64,000 nucleotides of DNA, from contig CM075980.1 in assembly GCA_038087875.1 (NCBI GenBank), positions 69,998,001 to 70,062,000 of the forward strand. The letters run 5' to 3'. A program made the position numbers and the translations under genes. This stretch comes from Malacoraja senta. Taxonomy: Eukaryota. Of the stretch, positions 50,357 through 61,869 are shown piece after piece. Position 1 is the first letter of the stretch; every line of letters starts with the position of its first letter. The notes beneath the pieces were generated by a model. It was not told where the DNA came from. It ran no database searches and saw only the letters and a list, made by a program, of their open reading frames with translations.

Positions 50357-50544
50357 ACCTATTCCTTCGCTCCATAGATGCTGCCTCACCCGCTGAGTTT
50401 CTCCAGCATTTTTGTCTACCTTAGTTAAAATCAACTGTATTGTCCTTTTGCGGATTATGATTATAAATCACTACAATTTTTTTCCTTGATCCACATTTGT
50501 AGATTTATATTCAGCTGGTGCATTTTACTACATATACATTTACA

Positions 50545-50925
50545 TGAATGAGGGGTGGACCTCATTGAAACATACAGAACAGTGAAAGACTTGGATAGAG
50601 TGGATGTGGAGAGGATGTTTCCACTACAGGGAGAGACTAGGACTAGAGGTCATAGTCTAAGAATTAACGGACGTTCTTTTAGGAAGGAGATGAGGAGGAA
50701 TTTCTTTAGTTAGAGGGTGGTGAATCTGTGGAATTCTTTGCCACAGAAGGCTGTGGAGGCCGTCAGTGGATATATTTAAGGCAGAGATAGATAGATGATT
50801 AGTACGGGCGTCAGAGGTTATGGGGAGAATGCAGGAGAATGGGGTTAGGAGGGAGAGATAGATCAGCCATGATTGAATGGCAGAGTAGACTTGATGGGCT
50901 GAATGGCCTAATTCTACTCCAATCA
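50545..50925 (+). mobile_element. CR1 3' fragment
   Basis: Same subfamily as 49135-49530. Confidence 0.88.
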
Positions 50926-51214
50926 CTTATATATTATACCAACTTGTCACGGTGTAGGGATTGCTGCTGACAATTTCTGTGTTATGACAGACACTTTATC
51001 AAACATTGACTGACAGCAGCGGATGACAATCTTGCTGGTCTGTGGCAGGAGACAAATGGTGGTTGGATTATTGGAGGAAATCTGTCAAACTTTGTCACGT
51101 AAAGTGCCTGTCACACTTCTGACTCAAGTAAAAATATGCAAAGCCTTTTGTCATCACATCAGGTTGGCATTTCATGTATCATCTTCCTTAAACTTAAGGT
51201 TATGCTAGGATATT

Positions 51215-51480
51215 AAGATCATAAGATCATAAGATCATAAGAGATAGGAGTAGAATTAAACCATTCGGCCCATCAAGTCTACCCCGCCATTCAATCATGG
51301 CTGATCTATCTCTCCCTCCTAACCCCGTTCTCCTGCCTTCTTCCCATAACCTCTGACTCCCGTACTAATCAAGAATCTATCTATCTCTGCCTTAAATATA
51401 GCCACTGAACTTTGGCGCCACAGCCTACTGTGGCAGAGAATTCCTCCGATTCACCACCCTCTGACTAAAGAAATTCCTCC
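51215..51480 (-). mobile_element. CR1 3' fragment with (TCTTATGA)n tail
   Basis: aagatcataagatcataag..aggagtagaatta.. Confidence 0.85.
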
Positions 51481-51703
51481 TTTAAGGAAGACATTTCAGA
51501 AAGTTGACCTTTATTTTTCATTCACTCAAACTGTGAGGAAGTAGCTCGGGCTGGTGACCTGTTTCCTCCTGATATGCATCTGAAAAACTGGAGCTCCCTC
51601 TACAGTTCTGTGTTATTCTGCCGCTCACAACAAGGACAAGGCCATTCCTAAGTTTCTGACTCGGGTGTATGAGATGTGCAGCGGGTGGTGCTGCTCCATT
51701 CCT

Positions 51704-52230
51704 GAAGATAGACACAAAATGCTGGGATAATTCAGTGGGTCAGTCAGCATCTCTGGAGAAATGGAGTAGGTGACGTTTCAGGTCGAAACCCGTCTTCAGA
51801 CTGAAAATAGAGGTGGGGGAGAGGGGGAATAAACTCGAGGCGAGAAAAGGCCAGAACAAATCAGGGCCAGCAACAGATGACCTCAGGAAGGGTGGAGCCC
51901 ACGATGGCCCATTGTTGGCTGCGATGGTGTGGTAACAAGAGGGATACACGGATGCATCCAGTGGATAGACACAAAAAGCTGGAGTAACTCAGCTGGACAG
52001 GCAGCATCTCTGGAGAGAACCCATTTCTGCTCTCCAGAGATGCTACCTGTCCCGCTGAGTTATTCCAGCTTTTTGTGTCTATCTTCGGTTCCAACCAGCA
52101 TCTGCAGTTCCTTCCTACACGAGGCATCCAGTGAAACAGGTAGGACGACTAGGGTGGGGGAGGAGAGGAGAGAGGGGAGGGGCATTGTGTGTCTATCTTT
52201 GGCGTAAACCAGCATCTGCAGTTCCTTCCC
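51704..52230. mobile_element. Penelope-derived element containing a nested fold-back (51964-52123)
   Basis: TSD GCATCCAGTG at 51954-63 and 52124-33; antisense hammerhead at about 51772-51800. Confidence 0.75.
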
Positions 52231-52239
52231 ACTCAATCC

Positions 52240-52490
52240 AATTATGTCTGTGTGGAGGTTGCATATTTTCCCTATGACCACGTGGGTTTCCTCAGGATGC
52301 TCCCATTTCCTCCCACATCACACAAACGTGCAGGTTAGCTGTTGCAAGTTGTCCCGAATGTATAGGTGAGTGGTAGAATCTGGGGGGGGCAGTTGATCAG
52401 TGTGAAGGGAATTATGAGATGAATGTAGAGTGACGGGCATGGTCTCGGCGGGCCAAAGGGCCTGTTTCCCTATTGTATATCTCTATGACT
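52240..52490 (+). mobile_element. Older V-SINE
   Basis: V-domain plus CR1-type tail. Confidence 0.7.
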
Positions 52491-53524
52491 TCATGACAAT
52501 GTCCTTACTTGTCACTTTCTGAAACCTGCAATTATATTCTCAGCACCTCCTGAAGATAAGGTGCCTGCATTGCTATTAGGAGTGAACTTGATATGTCAAC
52601 ATTTGATTGAGAAAGAATTTGGCTGAAAGTGGAGGGGGATGTGAAATGACCTTCCTCCTGTGCGGTGTTTAAAATGTATGGGAACTTAAATGGAAAAGTA
52701 AGAAGTGTTTGAACTGCACATTACATGTTCTTGCAAGGTCAGCTTTCTGGTATGTACCATCTGTGGCAGAGAAATAGATAAATGAGAAAACAATTTATTG
52801 ACCATCTCCGTTGCTCTAAACACGGGTTAGCAAGAAGATGGGGAATGGTAAATGTCAATTGTTATTATCCCTTTCTTATTATGCATTTTAGATACAGTAA
52901 AGTGTTAGACTGACAAGTCTGATAGGAACACAGGGTTTATTTGAAGAGCTTTAAGAATCATTAAAACAATCTTCTCATCACCAACACCCTTTTGGTGCTC
53001 TTAAAATATAAACATCCCGTTCTCTTCAATGTTTTCAAGAGAGAGTTATATTTAGCTCTTAGGGCTAATGGAATCAGTGGATATGGGAAGAAAGCAGGAA
53101 CGGGTACTGATTTTGGATGATCAGCTATGCGCATATTGCATGGTGGTGCTGGCTCGAAGGGCCGAATGGCCTACTCCTGCACCTATTTTCTATGTTTCTA
53201 TACCATTGATATAAAGTCAATATTAGTTATCCAAAATCAAATATTGGATTCTGTATTTGGAATGGACCAAAGTATACTGAAGTGTTGCATTTACATAACT
53301 CTAATATTGGAGCAAATGTATGGGTATGGATTTAGTGAGTTTTCACTGCTAAATGTGGCTTAATTTGGTTCATGTTATTAACATTTCCTATTTATGTTAC
53401 TTATTTGCAGTGGCCAGTTCACCAAATTGAACAATTAAATCAGACCTCAATAATGTGAGGTTTTTAGGGGTTAAAGTGATTAAAGTGGATCGTAATGGAA
53501 AACTGACGGTGGGATTAAGGACAA

Positions 53525-53865
53525 CGAGGCCTGGATAATGGATGTGGAGAGGATTTCCACAAGTAGGAGAGTCGAGGACCAGAGGTCATAGCCTCAGAAT
53601 TAAAGGTCGTTCCTTTAGGAAGGAGATGAGGAGGATTTTTTTTAGTCAGAGGGTGGTGAATCTGTGGAATTCATTGCCACAGAGGGCTGTGGAAGCCAGG
53701 GCAGTATGTATTTTTAAGGCAGAGATGGATAGATTCTTGACCAATACAGGTGTCAGGGGTTATGGGGAGAAGGCAAGAGAATGGGGTGAGGAGGGAGAGA
53801 TAGATCAGCCATGATTGAATGGTTGATGGGCTGAATGGCCTAATTCTGCTCCTATCACTTATGAA
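53525..53865 (+). mobile_element. CR1 3' fragment
   Basis: GESRTRGHSLRIKG..FFSQRVVNLWNSLP. Confidence 0.9.
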
Positions 53866-54332
53866 CGAACTTATATTAACTTTTCTGGCTGATCTGTTGA
53901 ATGATGCACGAGTGTCTATGTTATGATGATTCTAGAGACTGTTCCAAAACTAGCCACACTGTCTATTGCATTAACATAAAGACAGGGTCCAAACCTGTGG
54001 GTGATGACTATCAGCTGAAGATAGCCAGCAAAAATGAAAGCCCGGCAGCATTTTTCACAGGGAAAGTGTCTTGTGGTTAGAACGAGTTATTCTGTAGCTC
54101 TTTGCTGCCGGCAGGAGTGAAAATGGGAAACTCCTCAGAGTAGGGTGGGAAACTCCTCAGAGAATGGCCCGATGAAAATCTTACTTGTAGCACAGGCACA
54201 TAGACACGGACAACGCCCAAAGCATATATGATACATAAATGGCACCAGACAGAGACAAGGCATAAGTACGTCCGGATTAAAGAAGGTGCCGGATCCTTAG
54301 TTGCCGGAAAATCAGTGGTGGACATGTGTATA

Positions 54333-54712
54333 CACACAAAATGCCGGAATAACTAAACGGGTCAGGCAGCATCTTTGGAGAAAAGGAATAGGTGACGTCT
54401 CGGGTACAGACCGTTTTTCTGACGGAGAGTCAGGGAAGAGGGAAACTAGAGGTATATAAAGATACTGAGTAAATCAGAGCCGACACCGATGGCCAAGGAG
54501 CCCACAATGGTCCATTGTTGGCTGCAGAAGATGTGATAATGAAGGGAAACAAACAGTGAAACTAGCAGGATGACGAGGGGGAGGGATGGAGAGAGAGGGG
54601 ATGCAAGGGTTACTTGAAGTTAGAAACATCAATAATCATACCGCTGGGTTGTAAGCTTCCCAAGCGAAATATGAGGTGCTGTTCCTCCAATTTGTACTGG
54701 GCCTCACTCTGA
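54333..54712 (-). mobile_element. Penelope 3' remnant
   Basis: Reverse complement KLEEQHLIFRLGSLQPSGM..NFK plus terminal unit. Confidence 0.8.
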
Positions 54713-55489
54713 TTGCACGCTGGAGTCAATAATTATATCAATAGTGGATAATCATAGTCACCCAGAAGCTTCCCAGAATTAAATTATTCTGACTGCACCC
54801 AGTATACTGACTATTAATCAACTTCTTGATGCTTTGTCTATGACTACATCATTGCTGGTTATTAAAGAAATGCAATCCATTCCAGGTGCATGCCCGAGTT
54901 TCCTCTACTTTATCCTGTGATCCTTGCAAGTACTGGTAGTCCCTCTGGCAGGAAGCAATGGCATATTTTACAAAACAAGAACAAACTGCTGGAGGAACTC
55001 TACAGGTCAGGCAGTATCTGTGGAGGGAAAGGGACAGACAATGTTTCAGGTTCAAACCCAGTCTTAAAGAAGGGTCCTGACCCGAAACATTCTCTATTCA
55101 TTTCCCTCTCCAGATGCTGCCTGACCTATTTGAGTCAGCAACTCCAGCACTTTGAGTTTTGCTCACGATTCTAGCATGTGCGATCTCTAGTATCAACGGT
55201 TTTATGTGAAGCAATGATGATCTCATGCAACAATTGAATGCAATTTGTAAAGTTTCGCTAATATCTCCAGTAACAGCCCCTGGAAAGCCAGAGTTCAACA
55301 TAGCATTCACCCTCACAGCCATTAACAATGATGTCCCTGATCTGCCTGAAGGCTGTTGTGTTTGTTGCAAATTCCAGTGACAGCTTCCTTTAATGCTGTC
55401 TGAAATGTTTGGTGATGGTAGGCAGCAGAGCTTGTCCCTAAATGCCAGATTGCATTGGGGCTCCTACTGAGAACTTCTCTTTGCCCACT

Positions 55490-55922
55490 CCTCACCTCCT
55501 CTTCAAGCCTCCTCTTCCTCTTCCCCTTCCCCTCCACTTTCTCCCACTTCCCTTCCTCCCTCTCCTCCCTCCCTCTTTTCTCCTCTCCCTCCCCCTTACT
55601 ACCCTTCTGCCTCCTCCCCTATCACTCTGTCCTCCCCTGCCCCTGCCCCTCTTCCTCCACCCCCACCCCGCACTCCCCTTATTCCACCACTCCCCTTCCC
55701 TCCCCTCCTCCTCTTCCCCCCGTTCTTCCCCGCTCCTCCCCATCATTCCTCTGCCCTCCACCAACCTCCTTCCCTTCTGCTCTCCCTCCCTTCTCCCTCC
55801 TCCTTCCCCTCTTCTTCCCCCCTCCTTCTCCTCCACTTTCCCTCCTCCCTTCCTTCTTCCCCTCTTCTTACTCCTTAATTCCCTCCTTCTTATCCTCCTC
55901 TTCCTCCTTCTCCCTCTCCTCT
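55490..55922. repeat. Polypyrimidine (CT-rich) low-complexity tract
   Basis: ~430 bp almost only C/T; produces the spurious 251-aa Pro/Leu ORF. Confidence 0.9.
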
Positions 55923-56014
55923 TAGATCAACCCTTTCTCCCATGTATGCCTTTTCCCCACCTCTTCAAGCAGATTGCTTCTGGTTATTCTCCCAGTTATT
56001 CTCAATTGCAAGAA

Positions 56015-56288
56015 GGGTGGCGCAGAGGTGCATCGCTTGAGGGGCTAACTTACAGCACCAGGGACCCGGTTTCGATCCTAACTGCGGGTGCTGTCTGTAT
56101 GGAGTTTGTACATTCTCCCTGTGACTTTGTGGGTTATCACCGGGTGCTTCGGTTTCCTCCCACACTCCACAGATGTGCAGGTTTGAAGGTTAATTGACTT
56201 CTATAAGTTGTAAATTGTGTAGGATAGTGCTAGTGCATGGGGGGGATTGGGTGGGCTGAAGGGCCTGTTTCCATGCTGTATCTCTAAA
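56015..56288 (+). mobile_element. HE1-like V-SINE
   Basis: Head, V-domain, tail. Confidence 0.85.
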
Positions 56289-56774
56289 GAATGGCTATTA
56301 AAGCATCCATATTTGTAATCAGATCATTTCTGCAGTGACCTTGACATCTGAAACAATACTTCACAATTTGTCACACCACCTCCTTGAAATCTTTTTTGAT
56401 AAACTTCAAAAAATATGTTGACTTGTAACAACAGCAGCCATGAGGAATTTACCAGCAGCCATCCTGTTGGAGGTTAATTCTGTGGGGAACTCATACCTCC
56501 TTTTGCACAGTTGGAGTTGAGAGAGGGGTTTGTCACAGTTCTGAGCCCCAGAATCCCACTCCTGCAGTCCTCAGTTTTGCAGGCTAATTGACATCACATT
56601 CTGCCTGCTGTGCATACTTCCACTAGGTGTTAAAACGCACACACACCTACCAAGAAAATAGATCAGAGAGTCATACAGCATGGAAACAGGCCCTTTGGCC
56701 CAACATGCCCATGTCGGCCAAGATGCCCCCATCTACACTAGTCCAACCTGCCCGCATTTGGCCCACATTTGGTC

Positions 56775-56965
56775 CATATTGTGTTTTTGATTTTTGTTTT
56801 TGGATTTAATTCTATCTTTAATTTGTGTTCTGGTGATGTCTTTGCTATTTATTTCATTCCGCTTATATGTTTCTACACTATTTGTTAAACTTTGTAAGGT
56901 GTCCTTGAGACTTTGTGAAAGGCGCCCATAAATAAAATCTATTATTATTATTATTATTATTATTA
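56775..56965 (+). mobile_element. L2-tailed short element nested in a CR1 tail
   Basis: tgtaaggtgtccttgagactttgtgaaaggcgcccataaataaaatc(TAT)n. Confidence 0.65.
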
Positions 56966-57100
56966 AACCTTTCCTATCCATCCCTAAATCTTTCCAATTC
57001 ATCTCTAAACATTTCCTATCCAAAATGTTCTCCATATCACTATTTCTTGCCTTGGGAACATGTAGATTAAGGGTTACATATTGTAACCCTAAAGGCATAA

Positions 57101-57687
57101 AGGGGCTGTCCCTCTTGGGCGACCTAATTGGCGAGTTTAGAAGAGTTTGAAAAAATGACATGTTGAAGACCTCCTTCGACCTCCTTCGACTATGTTGAAG
57201 ACCAGCTTCGACTAGCTACGATTAGCTACGACTAGCTTCGGGAAAATTGGACACAGAATAGTGGAGAGTGAAGACGACCTCCTTCGACCTCCCTTCGACT
57301 ATGATGAAGACTATCTACGACTACCTTCGACTACCTTCGACTATCCTCGATTACCTACGACTAACATGCCGACCTACTATGACATACTACGACCTACTAT
57401 GACATACTATGACCTACTACGACTAAACCTACGAGTAAAAAAAGTATCGATTTTTTCCATGCCTTTTTTTTTCTCGCAGGCATTTTTTAACATATTGAAA
57501 AAAACTCCAAAACTCTCAACTCCAACTCGTGACCTAGCTGAGGCCTCGAGTACGCGGAGACCACTCTCGAGCATGAAGGAGAGTTACGAAGACCTCCTAC
57601 AACCTTGTGTAGAACATGCTGCGAGTATGAGTCGAGGGCAAACTCGCCAGAACTCGCGGATTAGGTCGCCCAAGTGGGACAGGCCCT
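57101..57687. mobile_element. PIF/Harbinger MITE, 587 bp
   Basis: AGGGGCTGTCCCTCTTGGGCGACCTAAT ... ATTAGGTCGCCCAAGTGGGACAGGCCCT; TAA TSD at 57098-100 and 57688-90; internal ~10-bp tandem repeats. Confidence 0.88.
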
Positions 57688-58249
57688 TAAGTGTTGGCCA
57701 AATGTCTTGCGCTAAAATGCCCATTTTGCCTTTGACATAGATTGTAATTTGGTGACTTTAGTTGTGAAGGGCTAACACTTCACAATTAAAACTGCCCGTG
57801 ATAGTTGATTTCACATTATTATCTGTGGTATTCGTTTTGTGAGCACCAAGAGAGTGTGACTACTATCAAGCTTGATTAATGATCGTGCCTTGGCTTATTG
57901 AGGCCTCTTCTAACATGGTCGAGGAGGGAAATGCATGTTTTATTAGAGATGATTATTTTTTAGAAAGCGTTCGACAGCATTCTACATCGGCAATTAATAG
58001 TCTTGATAATTAGTCCGTGAATAGGAAGCAGAACATATTAAAAACTCATCGTACAAAAAGTGCTAGGAATGGAATCTGAAGATAAATGCAGGAATTACCG
58101 AGCAAGCCAGACAGCTTCTGTGAATAGAAAGAGAGTCAGGGTTAATATATCTCGATGATGATCCTTGAGCAGAACTGGGAACAGATGAAATACATTGTTA
58201 GAAGGGTGGTGGGTTTGAAGGAGGGCAGAGGGTTGAGGGAAGGGTGTTT

Positions 58250-58487
58250 AATTTAGTTTAGAGATACAGTGCAGACACAGGCCCTTCGGCCCACTGAGTC
58301 CTCGCCGACCAGCGATCCCCGCACATTAACACTATCCTGCACACACTAGGGACAATATACCAAGCCTATTAACTTACAAACATGTACGTCTTTGGGGTGT
58401 GGGAGGAAACTGGAGATCCTGGAGAAAACCCACGCAGGTCACAGGGAGAATGTATAAACTCTGTATAGACAGGCACCCATTGTCAGG
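58250..58487 (-). mobile_element. V-SINE (head lost)
   Basis: Tail plus V-domain. Confidence 0.85.
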
Positions 58488-58496
58488 GTTTATACC

Positions 58497-58662
58497 GAAG
58501 ATAGACACAAAATGTTGGAGTAACTCAGCGGATCTCTGGATCTCTGGAGAATAGGTGATATTTTGGGTTGGAACCCTTCTTCCAACCCGAAACGTCACCT
58601 GTTCCTTTTCTCCAGAAATGTTGCCTGACCCACTGAGTTACTCCAGCATTTTGTGTCTATCT
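58497..58662. mobile_element. Penelope-derived fold-back element
   Basis: Arms invert at gggttggaacccttc|ttccaacccgaaacgtc. Confidence 0.8.
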
Positions 58663-59292
58663 ACAATTTCATAGATGTTAGAACCAATATGAATCAGCAG
58701 CATTGCTCACTGAGGAGAAACCATAGCTTTTCATGAAAGCAACTGCAAAGAATGATCCAGCCTGTCATTTTCAAATGCGCAGAGTAAGTACAAAAATCTA
58801 GTCTCTTTTCCCTTCTAACTTATTCATTATTCATTTTGTACCATCATTTAGATATCATGTTAATCCACTTTATATACAGCGTAACTAATTACACCATTCC
58901 AAAAATAAAAGGTGGCATGTTTGACTTTATAAGGATTTCTTTTCTGGTATAAAATGCTTTAATGGTAAATTATTGCGCTCGGAAAATCAGTACAAAGTTA
59001 CACTTACACAACCCAATGATAAATCCATTGACCAATTGTAGATCACAGCACTAGGAAAATTGGCACAAAGTCACAAACTGGGAATAAATCCACACAGCAA
59101 GTTATGCCAATAATTGATAGTAGACTTTAGGAGAGCTCCCCCTCCCCTCACCCCACTCACCATCAATAGCACCACAGTCACATCTGTGGAGACTTTTTAA
59201 GTTCCTTGGAACCATCATATCCAAGGATCTGAAATGGGGGCTACCATCGACTCCACAGTCAAAAAGGCACAACTGAAGATGTACTTCCTGTG

Positions 59293-60780
59293 TAAGTAAG
59301 TAATCTCTTTATTGTCATTGCACTATTGTACAACGAAATTTAAAAGTCAATCCCACGGTGCGATTCACAAGAGCAATTTTAAATATATAAGAAAAGGTAA
59401 AAATATATACATATAAAAAGAAAAATTACAGATGAATAACAATAGCAGCTGAGGTAGAACCATTCAGTTGAATGTGAGTGTTATTTCTTATTTTGCATTG
59501 TTAAGTTCACGTATGGCTATGGGGTAGCAGCTGTCTCTGAGTCTGTTTGTGCGAGTTTTGAAAGACCTGTACCGTCTGCCAGAGGGCAGCAGGTGGAACA
59601 GGTTGTGTCCAGGGTGGGAAGGGTCCTTCAGGATGTTGGCTGCCCTGCCAAGGCAGCAAGAGCTGAAGATGTCCTTCAGGGAGGGCAGTGGGCAGCCAGT
59701 GATTTTTTGTGTGGTGTTGATGACCCTTTGAAGGGCTCTCCTGTCCGCTGCAGAGCAGCTGGCATACCATGTGGTTATACAGTACGCCAGCACACTCTCG
59801 ATGGAGCAGCGGTAGAAGGACACCAGCAGCTTCTCCTCCAGGTTGTTTTTCCTGAGGATCCTCAGAAAGTAGAGTCGCTGCTGGGCCTTCTTGACTGCTG
59901 TGGTGGTGTTTGTAGTCCAGGAGAGATCCTCCGTAATTTGTGTGCCCAGGAATCTGAAGTCTGAGACCCTTTCCACACAGTCCCCATTGATGAATAGGGG
60001 TTTGAGGGCTGCACCGTTCTTACGGAAGTCTATGATAATTTCCTTTGTTTTTGTGGTGTTTAGGATGAGGTTGTTGTCTGAACACCACGCTGCCAGTCTT
60101 TGGACTTTCTCCCTGTAGGCTGTCTCATCTCCTCCTGAGATACGTCCAACCACAGTCGTGTCGTCCGCGAACTTTACGATGGTGTTAGTGGAGTGGGCGG
60201 GGGCACAATCGTGGGTGTAGAGGGCGTAGAGGAGGGGGCTCAACACACAGCCCTGTGGGGAGCCGGTGCTGAGTGTGATGGGGGTGGAGAGGTGATGGCC
60301 CAGTCTGACGGTCTGGGGGCGGTTAGACAGAAAGTCCTTGATCCAGAGGCAGATGGGTTGGGAGAGTCCTAAATCCATGAGTTTGGTGACCAGTCTGCTG
60401 GGGATGATCGTATTGAAGGCGGAGCTAAAGTCCATGAAAAGCATCCTCACATAGCTCCCCCGGTGTTCGAGGTGGGTCAGTGCAGTGTGAAGAGCAGTGG
60501 CGATGGCATCCTCAGTGGACCTATTTGCTCTGTAGGCAAACTGGTGTGGATCGAAGGTGGGCGGGAGGCTGGCTTTGATGTGCTGCTGGACCAGCCTCTC
60601 GAAACACTTCATGATGACTGGTGTGAGAGCGACCGGTCGGTAGTCGTTAAGGCCGCTGATGACAGGCTTTTTTGGTAGTGGGATGATTGTGGCAGACTTC
60701 AGGCACGGTGGGATGATGGATTTGGACAGGGACAGGTTGAAGATTTTCGTGAAGACCTCGGAGAGCTGGTCTGCACAGCT
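59293..60780 (-). mobile_element. Rex1/Babar LINE 'B', 5'-truncated, stop-free RT ORF
   Basis: [44 protein letters not shown]; (TTAC)n tail. Confidence 0.95.
59488..60780 (-). CDS. Reverse transcriptase ORF fragment of the Rex1/Babar LINE (~430 aa, no true start)
   Basis: Uninterrupted frame with all RT motifs; the first ~10 aa of the 441-aa track ORF come from flanking element A. Confidence 0.8.
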   Translation of the reverse strand, partial: SCADQLSEVFTKIFNLSLSKSIIPPCLKSATIIPLPKKPVISGLNDYRPVALTPVIMKCFERLVQQHIKASLPPTFDPHQFAYRANRSTEDAIATALHTALTHLEHRGSYVRMLFMDFSSAFNTIIPSRLVTKLMDLGLSQPICLWIKDFLSNRPQTVRLGHHLSTPITLSTGSPQGCVLSPLLYALYTHDCAPAHSTNTIVKFADDTTVVGRISGGDETAYREKVQRLAAWCSDNNLILNTTKTKEIIIDFRKNGAALKPLFINGDCVERVSDFRFLGTQITEDLSWTTNTTTAVKKAQQRLYFLRILRKNNLEEKLLVSFYRCSIESVLAYCITTWYASCSAADRRALQRVINTTQKITGCPLPSLKDIFSSCCLGRAANILKDPSHPGHNLFHLLPSGRRYRSFKTRTNRLRDSCYPIAIRELNNAK

Positions 60781-61394
60781 GGCAGCTGAGGAAGCACAAT
60801 CTGCCACATGCAATGATGGTCCAATTCTGTACGGCCATCGTAGAGTCTGTCCTCACCTTCTCCATCATGGTCTGGTTTGGCTCAGCCATCAAGCACGACA
60901 CCTGGAGGCTGCAGCGAATTGTCCGATCAGCTGAGAAGGTTATTGGCTGCAACCTTCCCTCCATTGACGAACGGTACACTGCAAGGGCCAGGAAGCGAGC
61001 GGGCAAGATCATCTCTGACCCCTCTCACCCTGGCCACAAACTCTTTGAATCACTTCCCTCTGGAAGGCGACTCTGGACTGTCAAAGCTGCCACAGCCAGA
61101 CATAAAAACAGCTTTTTTTCCATGAGTAGTAGCTCTACTCAATAACCAAAAATCTTTAGCCTCCTTTTGCTCTGGTATTTTATTTAATTCACATGTTTAA
61201 TCAATAATGTTTTATTATTAATATTTAACGTTGTATGTGTCATTCCTAAATGTCACTGTATGCCATGATGTCACCAAGACAAATTCCTAGTATGTGAATA
61301 CTTGGCCAATAAACTTATTCATTCATTCATTCATTCATTCATTCATTCATTCATTTCATTGCTGTCAGTTTAAAAGAATATTATAATGTTGACT

Positions 61395-61700
61395 TTTAGT
61401 TTAATTGAGAGATACAGCACGGAGACAGTCCCTTCGGCCCACCAGGTCCACACTGACCATCGATCACCCGCTCACGCTTTCTCATCCACTCCCTACACAC
61501 TGTGGGTGATTTACATCCACTTCCTACACACTGTGGCCAATTAACTGACAAACCCGCACAACTTTGGGATGTACAAGGAAACCGAAGCACCTGGAGGAAA
61601 CCCATGCAGTCACTGGGAGAACGTGTAAACTCCACACAGACAGTGGCTGAGGTCAGGATCAATCCTGGATCTCCAGCACTGTGAGGCAGTGACACGGACC
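61395..61700 (-). mobile_element. V-SINE variant
   Basis: Head, V-domain, tail; small internal duplication. Confidence 0.8.
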
Positions 61701-61869
61701 AGCTGCATGACTGTTTTAGGGATTTTGAATTTAACCAGGAGTGTTTCATATAATTCAGATTATTTGCATCTGCCAGAATGGGGAGAACGGCACAGAAAGG
61801 AAGGGGAGAACATTTCTTTGTGGTGAATTGTAAATGTGTCCCACATCAGCTAGTTAACAGTGCAATATG

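Larger units (their letters stand above)
59160..61355 (+). mobile_element. Rex1/Babar LINE 'A' 3' part (59160-59292 and about 60780-61355) split by LINE 'B'
   Basis: KKAQLKMYFL | [30 protein letters not shown]; (ATTC)n tail. Confidence 0.88.

Noticed and set aside
54127-54165. 17-bp direct repeat TGGGAAACTCCTCAGAG containing an RBPJ-like TGGGAA
   Set aside because: A simple slippage duplication is sufficient; the repeats are head-to-tail rather than a paired-site layout
55442-56197. 251-aa Pro/Leu-rich ORF
   Set aside because: Translation of a CT low-complexity tract running into a SINE
57261-57740. 159-aa ORF with DY/YD repeats
   Set aside because: Comes from the ~10-bp tandem repeats inside a Harbinger MITE
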